Below, in pieces: positions 10,847 through 22,869 of a stretch of DNA of 64,000 nucleotides. Numbering within the stretch: position 1 is the first letter of the stretch; each line of letters starts with the position of its first letter. Origin of the DNA: Mobula hypostoma (taxonomy: Eukaryota). A program made the translations under genes and the position numbers. The stretch lies in assembly GCF_963921235.1 (NCBI RefSeq), contig NC_086099.1:116994001-117058000 (forward strand), in the 5' to 3' direction. The notes below the pieces were generated by a model. It did no database searches and had not been told where the DNA came from. It saw only the letters and a program-made list of their open reading frames with translations.

Positions 10847-11545
10847 TGTAACCCAGATGAATTAAACGAAAAGAAGTGATGTTAGAGCTCCCCCTGGTGG
10901 GGGGATAAAAACGAGACCTACAGGATTGCAAAGAGAACTTGGGGGGGCGGGGAGGACTATGTGAGAATGAGGCGTGGCTGACGCAGGCGTGGACAAGTGA
11001 CAGGAACGCCTCAAAATTACGAAACTAACAAAAGATACGAACCGTTAAAAGTGGAATTAGTAGTTAGTATCTCTACCCTACTTACCGGAAATCCCCAGGG
11101 TGAAACACCTGGAGGGGAGATCATAACGTTAAAAGATATATTGAAGCTACAGCTATATTTCAAGCACCAGCTATAACGAGATGATATCAGCAGAGACGGG
11201 CGTCCAAGATCTCTGCCGTAAAACCCAGAATTAGTTCTGTTAAATTATAGCAAGGGATTTGGTCAGGTTTATTTTTGTGTCGGTATTTTGAATTGACCTT
11301 CCGTAGATTACTCACCATTTCACCCAACGACCCAGGAAGCAAGATGCGAGCCACCCAATATCGAAGTACCAGTCGGGAAACAGAATGCTTCTAGACGTAG
11401 AGGATTTAATACAACCAACACACATAAAAGTTGTTTGAATTTCCAGCATCTGCAGAATTCTTGTTGTTTGAGGATTTAATACGGTTGAATGTAAAAGTGT
11501 AGTTTTCATTCCATGGATCTGAATTTGATTTTCTGGATTTTCTGC
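10847..11545 (+). repeat. 3' LTR (5' part) of the PNMA-gag Gypsy element
   Basis: TGTAACCC directly after the polypurine tract; interrupted by a small Penelope-type insertion at 11413-11469; right end uncertain. Confidence 0.55.
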
Positions 11546-11546
<1 letters not shown>

Positions 11547-11582
<36 letters not shown>

Positions 11583-11628
11583 TACACACACACAGACACA
11601 TACACACATATACCGGGGGGGGGGGGGG
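11547..11628. repeat. Compound microsatellite (TA)n/(CA)n and poly-G run
   Basis: Directly visible. Confidence 0.9.
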
Positions 11629-11686
11629 TTGAATTTGAATTTGTAGACATTTTGACCTGAAGCTGAAACTGAGATTAAATATAATA

Positions 11687-11985
11687 CAAGCGGTGATTGA
11701 TAAGTTCGTGGCCTAAGGTACAACGAGTCAATTTTAGAAAACCTAGCACATTTTTTTCCTACATTTACACACTTAGTCCAGCGGTCGTGGACCATACGGA
11801 TCCCTTCTTTGTCGAAGTCGGCGGCTTGGACCTCCAGAAAGTGGTGCACAGCACGGGGTGACTGATAAGTTCGTGGCCTAAGGTAGAAGGAGATTAGTTA
11901 TTAACTTCAGACTTTCTGCATTTTCACTCAAAGATTTGACCTACATGCGCATGTAACGAGAGATGCACAACTCATCTCCTTCTAC
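11687..11985 (-). mobile_element. Mariner (Tc1/mariner) remnant plus a related MITE-like piece
   Basis: Minus strand encodes FDKEGIRMVHDRWTKCVNVG (mariner transposase C-terminus). TIR-like GGTGA(T/C)TGATAAGTTCGTGGCCTAAGGTA occurs twice (~11692 and ~11856). GTAGAAGGAGATTAGTT (~11883) is inverted at ~11969-11985. Confidence 0.7.
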
Positions 11986-11989
11986 GACC

Positions 11990-12200
11990 CATTGTGCTTT
12001 CCCCTATGCCTATCTCTGCTTCCCCTCTTCCACCCCTTGATCTTTCCCCTTACTGGTTTTTCACCTGACACCTACCAGCCTTCTCCTTCCCACCCTCCCC
12101 CCACCTTCTTTATAGGGCCTCTGTCCCCTCCCTCTTCAGTCCTGACGAAGGATTCCGGCCTGAAAAATTGACTGATCGTTTCAGCAGATGCTGCCCGACC
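11990..12200 (+). mobile_element. Penelope-like 3' fragment with a degenerate hammerhead motif
   Basis: Pyrimidine-rich tract, then CAGTC-CTGACGA-AGGATTCCGGCCT-GAAA-AATT-GACTG (12137-12174) and AGATGCTGCCCGACC. Confidence 0.65.
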
Positions 12201-13514
12201 TCACTGGGATTGCTAAATCTCCGGGATGGGGCTGGATGGCAAATATGTTCCTTTGTTCATGAATGGTGTAGTGTAGCTAATGTAGAGGGTTGTCATACCT
12301 TACAAAGTTCAAAGTTCAAAGAAAATTTATTTTCGCTGTTCTTATATGTAACCATATTTAATACTCTGATTTAAGATTATGCTTTATTTTATTAATACAG
12401 TTATTCTGTTGGGTATTTTATTTTCTGTAGACTTTCTCAAAATGCAATGTGTTCCTTTAATTGCATTATATAATCAAAAATTTTATTTTTGCAGTTTAAG
12501 ATAAAAATTCAGTTGATTAAGTTAGGCTCGTTGAATTAGCCAGTAGGCTTTGTCTTGGAAGCATTCCAGCGACAGCACGAGGAAAAGTACAGGGAGCCAT
12601 TTTCTAGAGAAAGCGCCAGATCGAAGATGGAGAATGGAAATGGACAATGAACGTAGCAGAAAAACATGGTGAAACATTCACAGAAACCATGTGAAAGGGC
12701 AGATACCGCTGTCGGTAAATCCACATGCAGACAATGGTCTCACGGAAAATGTAGAGATAACTTTTTAGTTAGCTATTATACAAACTTGGATAAAGTTTGA
12801 TGTCTTTTTCCTTGGAAATGGCAAGGGTACTTATTTATATTTTGCTTGGACTGGGGTTTCTGGCAAAACCATCTCCATAGCGTGAGTAAATGAAGTGAAA
12901 TAACCTGGAATGACCACACAACAATGAGCTCCAATAGTTATGTGCATGACCTGGTGATGAGTGACATTGATGATGGATGCTGCTTTCCTGCAACAACGCT
13001 TTTTGCAGATGCGCTCAGTAGTGGACAGAGCTTTACCTGTGGGTCGTATCCACTACTTTTTTTATAATGGGCACCTTTCTTTATTTTGTTTGTTATAGCT
13101 TTAATTATTTTGTCAATGCAATTTCGATCCAAGTTTATACTGGTGTGAGTTAACTTATTGCTTCCTGGCAAACTGTAAATTTGCATGGGTGTGTCAGCAC
13201 TCATATAAGTAACAGTAATGCTTTCTCTTAAAGGAACATTCAAACTTTCATGTTTTGTGTTCACTTTAATCATATTTACCGTAGACATGTTTATTTATTT
13301 GAAATGCCTGTTTTGATCATTATTCCCTGTGCATTGTCAAGTTATGTTTCTGTTAGGTTAGATTCACGGTAATAGTTAACTCATTACGAGGTTATGGTGA
13401 GAGGGTTACGCATATACAAGCCTTTCCTTTCCCAGCATCCTGTTCACATTAAAGTCTGTGAACTATTGAACCACTTCCGTGTCTCTCTCTACACTTGAAC
13501 TATATCTAAATGCC

Positions 13515-13960
13515 GTGACAGAAGTTGAGTGAGGTTATCCCCCTCTGGTTCAAGAGCTTGATGGTTGAAGGGTAGTAACTGTTCCTGAACCTGGTGTTAT
13601 GAGTCCTGAGGCTTCTGTACCTTCCTCCTGATGGCAGCAGCGAGAAGAGAGCATGACCTGGTAATGGGTGTCACTGATGATGGATCCTGCTTTCCTGGAA
13701 TAACGCTTTTTGTAGATGTGCTCAGTGGTGGGAAGGGCTTTAACTGTGATGGACTGGGTCGTATCCATTATTTTTTGTAGGATTTTCCATTCAAGGGCAT
13801 TGGTGTTTCCATACCAGGCCATGGTGTAGCCACTACATATCTATAGAAATTTGTCGAAGTTTTAGATGTCATGCCGAATTTTCGCAAACTCCCAATGGAG
13901 TAGAGGTGCTGAGTTCTTTCTTCGTAATTGCACTTATGGCCTGGGTGCAGGCAAGATGTT
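13515..13960 (-). mobile_element. Rex1/Babar-like LINE fragment
   Basis: ORF 13550-13822 AWYGNTNALEWKILQKIMDTTQSI, plus the conserved 3' motif. Confidence 0.7.
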
Positions 13961-13964
13961 CCAA

Positions 13965-15550
13965 AATTATAGTACCAAGCACGACAGCAAAGCCACCTGG
14001 CCTACACCTCAGAGTTCACAGCGGATATCCACCATATCAAAGGGAAAAATAATGCTGCGGCTGATTGCCTCTCACGACCAGTCATTGAGGCCATACATGT
14101 AGAGCTGACTGTGCCGACATAGCAGCCAAGCAAGTTATTGACCCAGAGAACAGACATACGGAACACCAGTCGTGGGCCTGTGGTTGGCTTACATTAAATT
14201 CACAGAAGCTGGGGTGTCTCTCCTGTGCAATGTCTGAACTGATCACCCTTGCCCCATCGTGCCCGCAAACTAGAGACGGACTGTCCATACATGGCCTCTC
14301 GCATCCAGTTTGGAAGGCCTCGCAGAAACTGGTTGCACTAAAGTTTCGTATGGCACGGCCTTACAAAGGACAGCGTGATTGGCCCACAGTTTGTGGGGAC
14401 TGCCAGCGGGCAGAAATTAGCCATCATGTTCAGGCATCATTGGCGTCTTTTGAGGTCCCTGAGCAATGGTTCGACCAAGTCAAAGTGGATCTTGTTGGTC
14501 CTCATCCCTGTCCTGTGGTTTCATTCACCTTCTTACCATGGAGGCCTGTACCACCAGGTGGCCAGAGGTCATGCCTGTAGCATCGACAATGGCCGCAGAG
14601 GTGGCTCATGCATTCATCAGCACCTGAGTTGCTTGGTTTGGCACCCCACCTGATATTTCCTCTGGCCGCAGTCCCCAATTCATTTCCAGCCCCTGGGCTG
14701 CAATGGACCAGAACCTCAGTGTTAGGCTACATCACACCACAGCGTATCACCCGCAGAACAGCCGCCTAAGTGAGTGGTTTCACCTCTCCTGTAAGGCTGC
14801 TCTGAGGGCTTCTCTGGCTGATGAGTGTTGACATGAACATCTCCCATGTGTCCTGCTGGGGCTCAGAACAGCTCCAAAAGAGGACCTGCAGTTGTCCGTG
14901 GCTGAGTTGGTGTACAGGCAGATGATACAAGTGCCAGGTGATTTCATTCCTGGTCAGTCTCTCAACAGCATTCCACCCTCCTCAGCAAATTCAATTCCTT
15001 TTCACCTATTCCTACCTCCATCACCGGCCCCTGCTGACCCACGTTCCGCCTTGTTTGTTTTCGTCTGCCATGATGCACACCAACATTTGCTTAGACCCCC
15101 TTTCGCATTTTGGAATGGAGAGAAAAGACTTTTATCATAAATAAGAGGGGTAAACCTGAATGTACTTTGGGAGGCCCCCCAAGATTTGGAGTATTCCTCT
15201 GCCATGTCCCTGGCATTAGAACATGACCTTGAGTGTGTCAACGCACCTGTGGGGTAGCCGCAGACACCTGCTGATCCCGGGAAGATAGCACCCGAGCCAG
15301 GCAGCTCGTCCGAGCTCCAGACAGGCTCACGAGGCCGGTTTTAGTGAATTCTGGGGCGGGGGCTGCTGTGTAGGATAATGTAAATGGGAGATACGTACCT
15401 GATTCACCTTTAAGAGGCTGGTCTGATGTGATGACATTGTAATGTTAGGATTTTTGGCACAATTTTGTGTTTAGGTTTTGGAGTTCAATAATATGTGTTG
15501 TGGGTTTTATTAATATAAAACACCTCACTTGAATTTATTTGCGAAAACCT
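13965..15550 (+). mobile_element. Decayed Gypsy RNase H-integrase fragment with PPT and probable short LTR
   Basis: SEFTADIHHIKGKNNAAADCLSR (RNase H end, ~14010-14077), IHGLSHP...CGDCQRA (Zn domain), VDLVGP, HHTTAYHPQ; G-rich PPT at ~15352-15362 followed by TGT. Confidence 0.7.
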
Positions 15551-16220
15551 GCAGAATATGGAAGTAAAGGCGGTGGAGAATTAAAGAGGGAAGAAGGGAT
15601 GAAGTCACCTCCAGGCCAGGACCACCAGACTCAAAAACAGTTACCCTCCCGAAGCAGTAAGGTCGATCAACACCTCCGCCCACCAACTCCACCACTACTT
15701 TATTATTTCCTGTCAGTCACTTTATGCACAGCCTAGTATCACTTTATAAACATGTAATAATTCTATGTATATAAGCTACCGAGTGTGATTATAGTTTTGT
15801 GTTTTTTTATTATTATTGTGTTCTTTGTCTTTTGTGGGTTTTTTGTGCTGCATTAGGTCTAGAACAACAATTATTTAGTCCTCCTTTGCTCTTGTGTACA
15901 GGAAATGAGATCAAACAATCTTGAATCTTGAATGAGTATTTGACATCTCTAGGTCTTCAATCGTTGAGTTTAGAAGAATGGGGGGCGGGATCTCATTGAA
16001 AACTTTTGAATCCTGAAAAGATCAAGATAGAGTCTATTTAGGTACGATGCTTCCTATAGTGGGAGAGTCTAAGGTCAGAGGGCACAGCCTGAGAATACGG
16101 GGACATCCCTTTAGAGCAGAGGAGAGGAGGAATTTCTTTAGCCAAAGCGTGGTGAATCTGTGGAACTAATTCCCACAGACGACTGTGGACGCCAATTTGG
16201 CTCCTATGTCTTATGGTCTT

Positions 16221-16262
16221 AGATAGATAGATAGGTAGATAGATAGATAGATAGATAGATAG
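16221..16262. repeat. (GATA)n microsatellite at the tail of a CR1-type fragment (~15935-16220)
   Basis: About 10 GATA units directly visible. Confidence 0.9.
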
Positions 16263-16383
16263 AGATAAATCAATCAGGACGTGAATCTGATCAATGACAG
16301 GGCTTATAGCGCAAACGGAACCTTTGTGCTCTGGGTGCGGGTGTGTGGGGAAACGGTTGAGTGTGACCACCCTGTCCGTCGCT

Positions 16384-16441
16384 ATGGCGCTGCTAATGGT
16401 GCTGCGCCGGGTCGGTTTCTGTCCGTGGGCGGGCGAGGCAG
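16384..16441 (+). CDS. MRPL16: Mitochondrial ribosomal protein L16, coding exon 1 (probable targeting peptide)
   Basis: ATG in a CpG-rich segment, MALLMVLRRVGFCPWAGEA, donor G|GTGGGT, phase 1 compatible with exon 2. Confidence 0.75.
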
Positions 16442-17183
16442 GTGGGTACCGAGCCGGAGGTGGGTGCGCGGAGATAAACTAAACCGGTGTATGCGTGGGA
16501 GGGGGAACGTGGACTTTCTACTGGGCTGAATCTTGTGTTCAGGCCAGTGATTTTGCACCAAGGGTACATCCGGCTGATGGCCCTCTTTTGGGAACGGGCG
16601 TTACTATTGCCCCAGCCTTGGACCCGTCCCCTTGGTCGGAGTGATTTCGCTGTGGTGAGGGCGAACCAAGCGCATGGCCAAGAGCAGCAGAGTAATTCCC
16701 AGGCCTTATTGTGCAGATTGCAACTTTGAATCAGGACCGTGGTTCCTCTGTAAGTTGGTTGAGGGTGTTACCTGTCAGACCTGCCTTCTATCTGCGCTGC
16801 ATAGTACTGTGCATATACCTGAAGGGTAATATATGTTTAACTGATATTTTTCCTGTATGCGCAGAAAGACTGAATTCACGTAGGCTTAGAGAATCAAGAG
16901 CTAGAGGTCTTGATTTAAGGTGACAAGGGGAGACATTTAGTGGAAGACCAAGGGGCAAATTGTATTATGGAATAATCTAGTGGAAGTGGTTGAGGCAAGT
17001 ATATTAATTGCATTTAAAAGTTAATTGACAGGTTAGTGGATAGGAAAGGCACTGAGAGATCTGAGCCAAAAATGGGCAAATAGGACTGACTTCGATGGAA
17101 TTTGGTTGGCTTTGAATGGTTAGGTCAAAGAGTCTGTTTCTGTATTGTATAACTCTGTGCAATGACATCCATCTTCTTTACAG

Positions 17184-17255
17184 ACCAATATCAGAAGATA
17201 GCAAAAGTTTTCCCAGTTGGGCTAAAGACCTATGAGCTTCCTCCCAGTTACGATG
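17184..17255 (+). CDS. MRPL16: MRPL16 coding exon 2
   Basis: Acceptor TTCTTTACAG, donor G|GTGAGT, phase 1-1; (D)QYQKIAKVFPVGLKTYELPPSYD aligns by eye with human AGVKTLLPVPSFED. Confidence 0.85.
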
Positions 17256-17304
17256 GTGAGTTAGAATAAACTTTTACTCTCCCATTCATCCTGATGCCTA
17301 TCCA

Positions 17305-18480
17305 TAAAACATGGGGACAGGATTAGGCCGTTTGGTCCATCAAGTCTTCTCTGCCATTCCGTCGTGACAGATTTATTTTCCCTTTTAATCGCATATTCCT
17401 GCCCTGTAGCCTTTGATGCCCTTGCTGATCAAGGATCAATCAATTCCTGCTTTAAGTATGCCCAATGACTTGGCCTCCACAGTTACCTGTGGCAATGATT
17501 TCCACAAATTCACCACCCTCTGAACAAAGATATTTCTCATCTCTGTTTAAAATGGGTGTTTTTCTATTCTGAGCCTGTGACCTGTGGACCTACACTCGCC
17601 AACTATTGAAAATATCCTTGCTCTCTCCATTCTATCTAGGCCTTTCAATATTCAGAAGCTTTCAATGAGAACCACGTTCCCCCCCACCCCACCCCACCCC
17701 CAATCTTCTAACCTCCAGCGAGCACAGGCCCAGAACCATCAATGCTCCTCCTATGTTAGCCCTTTCATACCCAGGATCATTCTGGTAAATAACTGCAGGA
17801 CCCTCCCCAATGCCAGCATACCCTTTCTTGAGTATGAGAACCAAAACTGCTCACAATACTTCAAGTGTGGTCTAAGCAATGCCTTATAAAGCCTCAGCAT
17901 TATATCCTTGCCTTTGTATTCAAACCCTCTCAAAATGAGTGCTAACATTGTATTTGCCGGCCTTACCACCGGCTCAACTTGCACGTTAACCCTTAGGGAT
18001 CTTGCACTGAGACTCTCCAGTCTCTTTGTACCTCTGGTTTCTGAATTCGCTCCCCATTTAGAAAATTGTCTACGCCTTTATTCCTTCTGAAAAAGTGCAC
18101 GAATTTACACTTCCCTAAACTTATTTAACCTGCTATTTGTTTGCCCAGTCTCCTAACCTGTCAAGGTTTTCTTCCTGCCCTCTTTGTATCATTTGCAAAC
18201 TTGGTCACAAAGCCATCATTTCCATCATCCAGATTAATTAACATATAATGTGAAAGTAGCGAGCCTGACACCAAGCCTGTGGAACACCATGAGTTACTGG
18301 CAGCCAACCAGAAAAGGTCCCTTTTATTCATGCTCTTTGCTTTGTGCAGTTGGCCAATCTTCTGTCCTTTAGTACCATGGACTGTTATTTGTTTAGCCGC
18401 CTCCGGTGCAGCAGCTTGGCAAAGATCTTCTGAAATTCAAGTAAGCAATGTCACTGGCTCTCCTTTATCTATTCTGTTGC
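17305..18480 (-). mobile_element. Decayed CR1 LINE 3' fragment in MRPL16 intron 2
   Basis: ORF 17751-17984 ANTMLALILRGFEYKGKDIMLRLYKALLRPHLKYCEQFW. Confidence 0.8.
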
Positions 18481-20314
18481 CCTCACGATGCGTGTGTACG
18501 AAGCTAGGGAGTTAAACACCTTCTCAAAAATCACCCAAGCTGGAAGCTTTCTTCAGGGATTTTAATGAGAAAACTTATTGAAGCTGCAGAAAGTGAAGTA
18601 AAATACTTATTAGATTCAATATAGAATCATCACACGCCTGAATATAATAATACTATTGATTATTCTGACGATCATAATCAAACAAGGTAAGACACACATG
18701 CAACATTCTTTAGCTATGCTGTGGGTTGGAGTGACCTTGTGGCACAATAGCTTAATTGTGATGAAGGATAAATATAATGCTTCCTCCGAAGTACATCTAA
18801 ATGTTTACCAGTATTAAGAAAGCTTAAGACCCACAGGTTTTGCTGTTTCAAGGTCAGATGAAAAGTGGATGGAGATGTATTGTTCTTCTATTGTGTTTGC
18901 TCCAAGTGTCATGTGAAAAGTGGAGTTGTGGCCTGTCGGTGTCAGGGATGCTTGAATGGGATGGACTGGGGTGTGGAGGCGAGGCAGGGGATTGCGTGAA
19001 GGAATGTGGGATCAGATAAGGGTCACCATTGTGTGCAGCTAAAGGCTGAGCAATCATCGTGGGGGGGTGGGGGGGGGTCAGGTGGGATCGGAGCCGAGCC
19101 CCGAGAAGGCAATCAGTGACGTGACATGGGAGGCCCAGGATGGATGTGTTGGTAAGGACCAAGTGTTGCCTCTGCAGTCTGGGTCCTATGTGCAGCTCCA
19201 GCTCAGCATAGAATGCACAGCAAGCTGTTCACTGGCGCTGGCGCAGAGCCATGGAAACAGAGCACAGTTGACTCTCACACTGTGTGTCAGGACTCTACTG
19301 TATTTGGGTAGGGAGTCCAGAACTAGAGTGCAGAGGGGAAAGGTGAAAGGGGAGAGATCCAAGGGGTACACTTTTCCACACTATACGTGGTGGTGGTTAT
19401 TTGGATCAAGATGCCAGAGGAGGTGGTGGACACAGTGAGAATTACAACAGTTAGAAAGTGTTTTCACAAATCTGAGGATGGGACGGACCTATTGCCAGCA
19501 AATGGGCGAGTGTAGATAGGCATCATAGTTGGCATGGACCTGTTTCTGTGCTATACCATCCTATGGTTCTACTTGGAAAACGAGTTTCAGGCTCTGTATA
19601 ACCAACAGGCTAGCTGCAGATTTTTGCTAAAGTGCGTGTATGGTTTTGGTCACCATACCGTGCCACAGGAATAATGTGGCAATGTTAATGAAGCAGAGGA
19701 AATTTACAATTATGTAGTAAGAGTTTGGACAATTACAACTATGGCTTTATGAGACCAAGCAGACGTTTAACCTAGTCATGCATAACACCGAGGAGATGAA
19801 AGGGCTGGATAGATAGATTGTTGATTCCAAAGGAAATTACAGTGTCACAGTAGCATTACAAGTGCACGCATATACAAATGTTCAAAGTGAAGTAAGAAAG
19901 AAGAAAAAAAAAGTTACCTCAATCAATCTAACAGGAGGGGGTCATCACTTCCCCTGCAAGAGAAAGGGTATAGATTTGAGTAAATTTTAAAAATTAGACA
20001 GGAGTTGATGGGGAAAAGAATTCATCCAATGATAATATCCAAACATTTGAGGCTATTCTACACTTCTTGCCAAATTTGAATACAATTAAATGTAGCCCAC
20101 TTCTGTTTCAAAGGAAGAATTTACTGTTATATAGTTCAAAATTTTACAAAGCACTTCATAGCCAATGTCAAAATTGGTGTGGTCTAGGAACTAAGAGATC
20201 AATGCATGGTCAAGGGTTGTCACCTTGTGGATGAAATATTAAACCAAGTTAATAGTGGGGGAGTTGTCTGACAACTTGTCCCATGTGGTCAAGGTAACAA
20301 CAGGTCATTAGATC

Positions 20315-20535
20315 GTAAACATGAGGAATTCTGCAGATGCTGGAAATTCAAGCAACACACATCAAAGTTGCTGGTGAACGCAGCAGGCCAGGCAGCATCT
20401 CTAGGAAGAGGGACAGTCGACGTTTCGGGCCGAGACCCATCAGGACGAAGGGTCTCGGCCCGAAACGTCGACTGTACCTCTTCCTAGAGATGCTGCCTGG
20501 CCTGCTGCATTCACCAGCAACTTTGATGTGTGTTG
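20315..20535. mobile_element. Fold-back Penelope-terminus insertion with a 14-bp target-site duplication
   Basis: 87-bp inverted arms 20352-20438 and 20450-20536 (2 mismatches); CAGGTCATTAGATC at 20301-20314 and 20536-20549. Confidence 0.85.
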
Positions 20536-20885
20536 CAGGTCATTAGATCTATTGCATTGTGTGGGTGATATGAGTTCAAAATTGCCCGTATATTCTAGCT
20601 ACATGCAAAAGTGTTTCATTGGCTGTGAAGTGTTTTGGAACATTATGAGCAATGCAATATAAATGTATATTCTGCCTTTGAAATAGAAGTGGGTTGCATG
20701 TAACTGTATTCAAGTTTGCCAAGAAGATAGATCTGTTCTTAAGATGACATCCATAATTACTTATGAACCTTGAAATAATGGTTACAGTGTTGTTAACGGT
20801 ATTGGCTGCTGAATATGGACTTCGGTAGGGATGACAAAACTACCCGAGCAATCTCTTTGACACCTGTGGGTTTTTTTTTCCTCAG

Positions 20886-21034
20886 ATGTGATTATTCCTG
20901 AGAAGCCAAAGCTGAAATTCTTAAATAAGGTCCCAAACTACAAGAAGCCCAGGCGCTGGATGAAAAGGCTGGGCGATATCCGTGGGGCAGCAACACGGGC
21001 CAATAAAATTGTCTGGGGACAGTATGCCATTGTG
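20886..21034 (+). CDS. MRPL16: MRPL16 coding exon 3
   Basis: Acceptor T-run-CCTCAG, donor GTG|GTAGGT; (D)VIIPEKPKLKFLNKVP...LGDIRG...GQYAIV matches the MRPL16 IPEKPKL and DIRG motifs. Confidence 0.92.
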
Positions 21035-22030
21035 GTAGGTTTCTCAATATCCTATGCTGTTGAAACTCTGGCTGCTTTGTGGAGTTGAATGTGCAAATAC
21101 AATCTGGTTTGATTACTCCCATGCAGACTTCTTGCCCAGGTGCATTATGAAGTCAGTAGTGGGTGTGCAGAAGATCTCACAGGTGGAAGCATGTTTTCCA
21201 AAACATGTTAACACTTGAATGGGTCGGCTCCAAACCAGACCATGGCAGGTCTTTGCTTATCATTTCCTTTACTGCTTCTAGTCTGAATGGAGACATGGGA
21301 ACTCAGATGTGCTACTAGAGCAGTATGAGAGGGAGCAATGCTGTCACCAAAGAGAGAATGGAGTGCCATCTGGTGTGTGAAGGTCCAAGCAGAAATCCAG
21401 AGCACAGATGAAGAAGTATAGACTTGTAATTCTAGACCAAGCTGCATATGTGAAATACAGTGCAAACTTGATGCAATGTGAGTTTTGAGAATAACTTTAA
21501 CGCTCGTTATAGGTGAAACTAACAATCATCTGATATCTGCTTTTGACATGATAGTACGACATATAAGGGAACACAAGTAGTCTTTGGCAGATGGTAGAGC
21601 TCCAGTCCTGGCACCTGATTGCTATCTCTCTGAAGTTTCTGACTTTTAGGTCCTTCGATGGGAGGGGTATAGAGGCCTGTGGATTGACGGGACGAAGCAG
21701 AATGTTGTTGCAGCATGGACTAGATGGGCTGGAGTGCTCTTTGACTCAGAAATGTAACAATTCACATTATGTTGAGATTGTTAATACTGAAATCCACACG
21801 TAAATAATATAAATAACATAGCAGATTTAATATTTCAGGACGAAAAAGAAATGGCCCTAATCATGGTTCCAAATATGAGACAAAGCAAAAATATTGTCAA
21901 AAGTCAATTGTTTTGCCAATGTTCTTTCTAATGTGACTACTTATTAATCTGCCTCATCTTCTCACCCTTTCCATTCCCTTCCCTTCCCCTCCCGCAACCT
22001 GTCCCTTTTTCACTTTTTCTCCATCTTCAG

Positions 22031-22516
22031 GCACTTGGAGGTGGCTACCTGCACTGGGGCCACTTTGAAATGATGCGGCTCACCATTAACCGGCGAATGG
22101 ATGCCAAAACCATGTTTGCACGCTGGCGTGTGAATGCCCCCTATAAACCCATCACACGTAAAGGACTAGGACAGAGGATGGGTGGTGGGAAAGGGGCTAT
22201 TGACCATTATGTCACTCCTGTCAAGTATGGCCGGGTAATTATGGAGCTTGGGGGGAAATGTGCTTTAAAGGAGGTGGAGCCCTTCCTGTCAGAAGTTGCC
22301 AAAAAACTGCCATTTCCTGCCAAGGTTTTTAGCAAGGAATCACTGGAGGAGATGGTCAAGGAAGAGGAGCAGAAAGCCGAAAACAACCAGAATCCCTGGA
22401 CTTTTCAAAGGATTGCATCTATGAACATGATGGGTATTCGCAAGGTGTTGAGTCCATTTGATTTAAAGTACCATGGCAAGTTTAGTGGGAAGTTTCGTGT
22501 TCCTGGTCGTGTGTGA
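22031..22516 (+). CDS. MRPL16: MRPL16 coding exon 4 (uL16 domain and C-terminus)
   Basis: Long polypyrimidine tract plus CAG; [21 protein letters not shown]...[17 protein letters not shown]...NNQNPWTF...PGRV*. The spliced CDS is 765 nt (254 aa). Confidence 0.97.
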   Translation, partial: ALGGGYLHWGHFEMMRLTINRRMDAKTMFARWRVNAPYKPITRKGLGQRMGGGKGAIDHYVTPVKYGRVIMELGGKCALKEVEPFLSEVAKKLPFPAKVFSKESLEEMVKEEEQKAENNQNPWTFQRIASMNMMGIRKVLSPFDLKYHGKFSGKFRVPGRV

Positions 22517-22521
22517 AAACT

Positions 22522-22527
22522 AATAAA
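22522..22527 (+). terminator. Probable MRPL16 polyadenylation signal
   Basis: AATAAA 5 nt after the stop codon, followed by a GT-rich element at ~22537-22563. Confidence 0.6.
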
Positions 22528-22869
22528 TCTGGCAAAGTGGTCTTTGTATTGATCTGTTTTCTGATTGAATGATTGAATCTAATTTAATATCTCACCAGCA
22601 AAACTTAAAAAAAAAACACAATGATTGCAGCTTCGGAGTAAAAGACTTGTCGAAATGACAAGGCTGGAGATGCAATTTACTATCACCAACCTTGCAATTC
22701 AGCTCATTAAATAAGTGCGTGTGTGGAGAGCAATTCCATTATTCCCAATGTCACTCCTTATTTCCCTGTATCCCTGCAAGTTAGTCTCTCACATGTCCAG
22801 CAACTATTTCTTTATTCTCTTTGCCACTAACCTGAATTAACTGCCTCTTGATTCTCTTTTTCACCAACT

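Noticed and set aside
12490-12720. Purine-rich exon-like segment (PVGFVLEAFQRQHEEKYRE...)
   Set aside because: Stops in the frames adjoining plausible splice sites, and no protein recognised.
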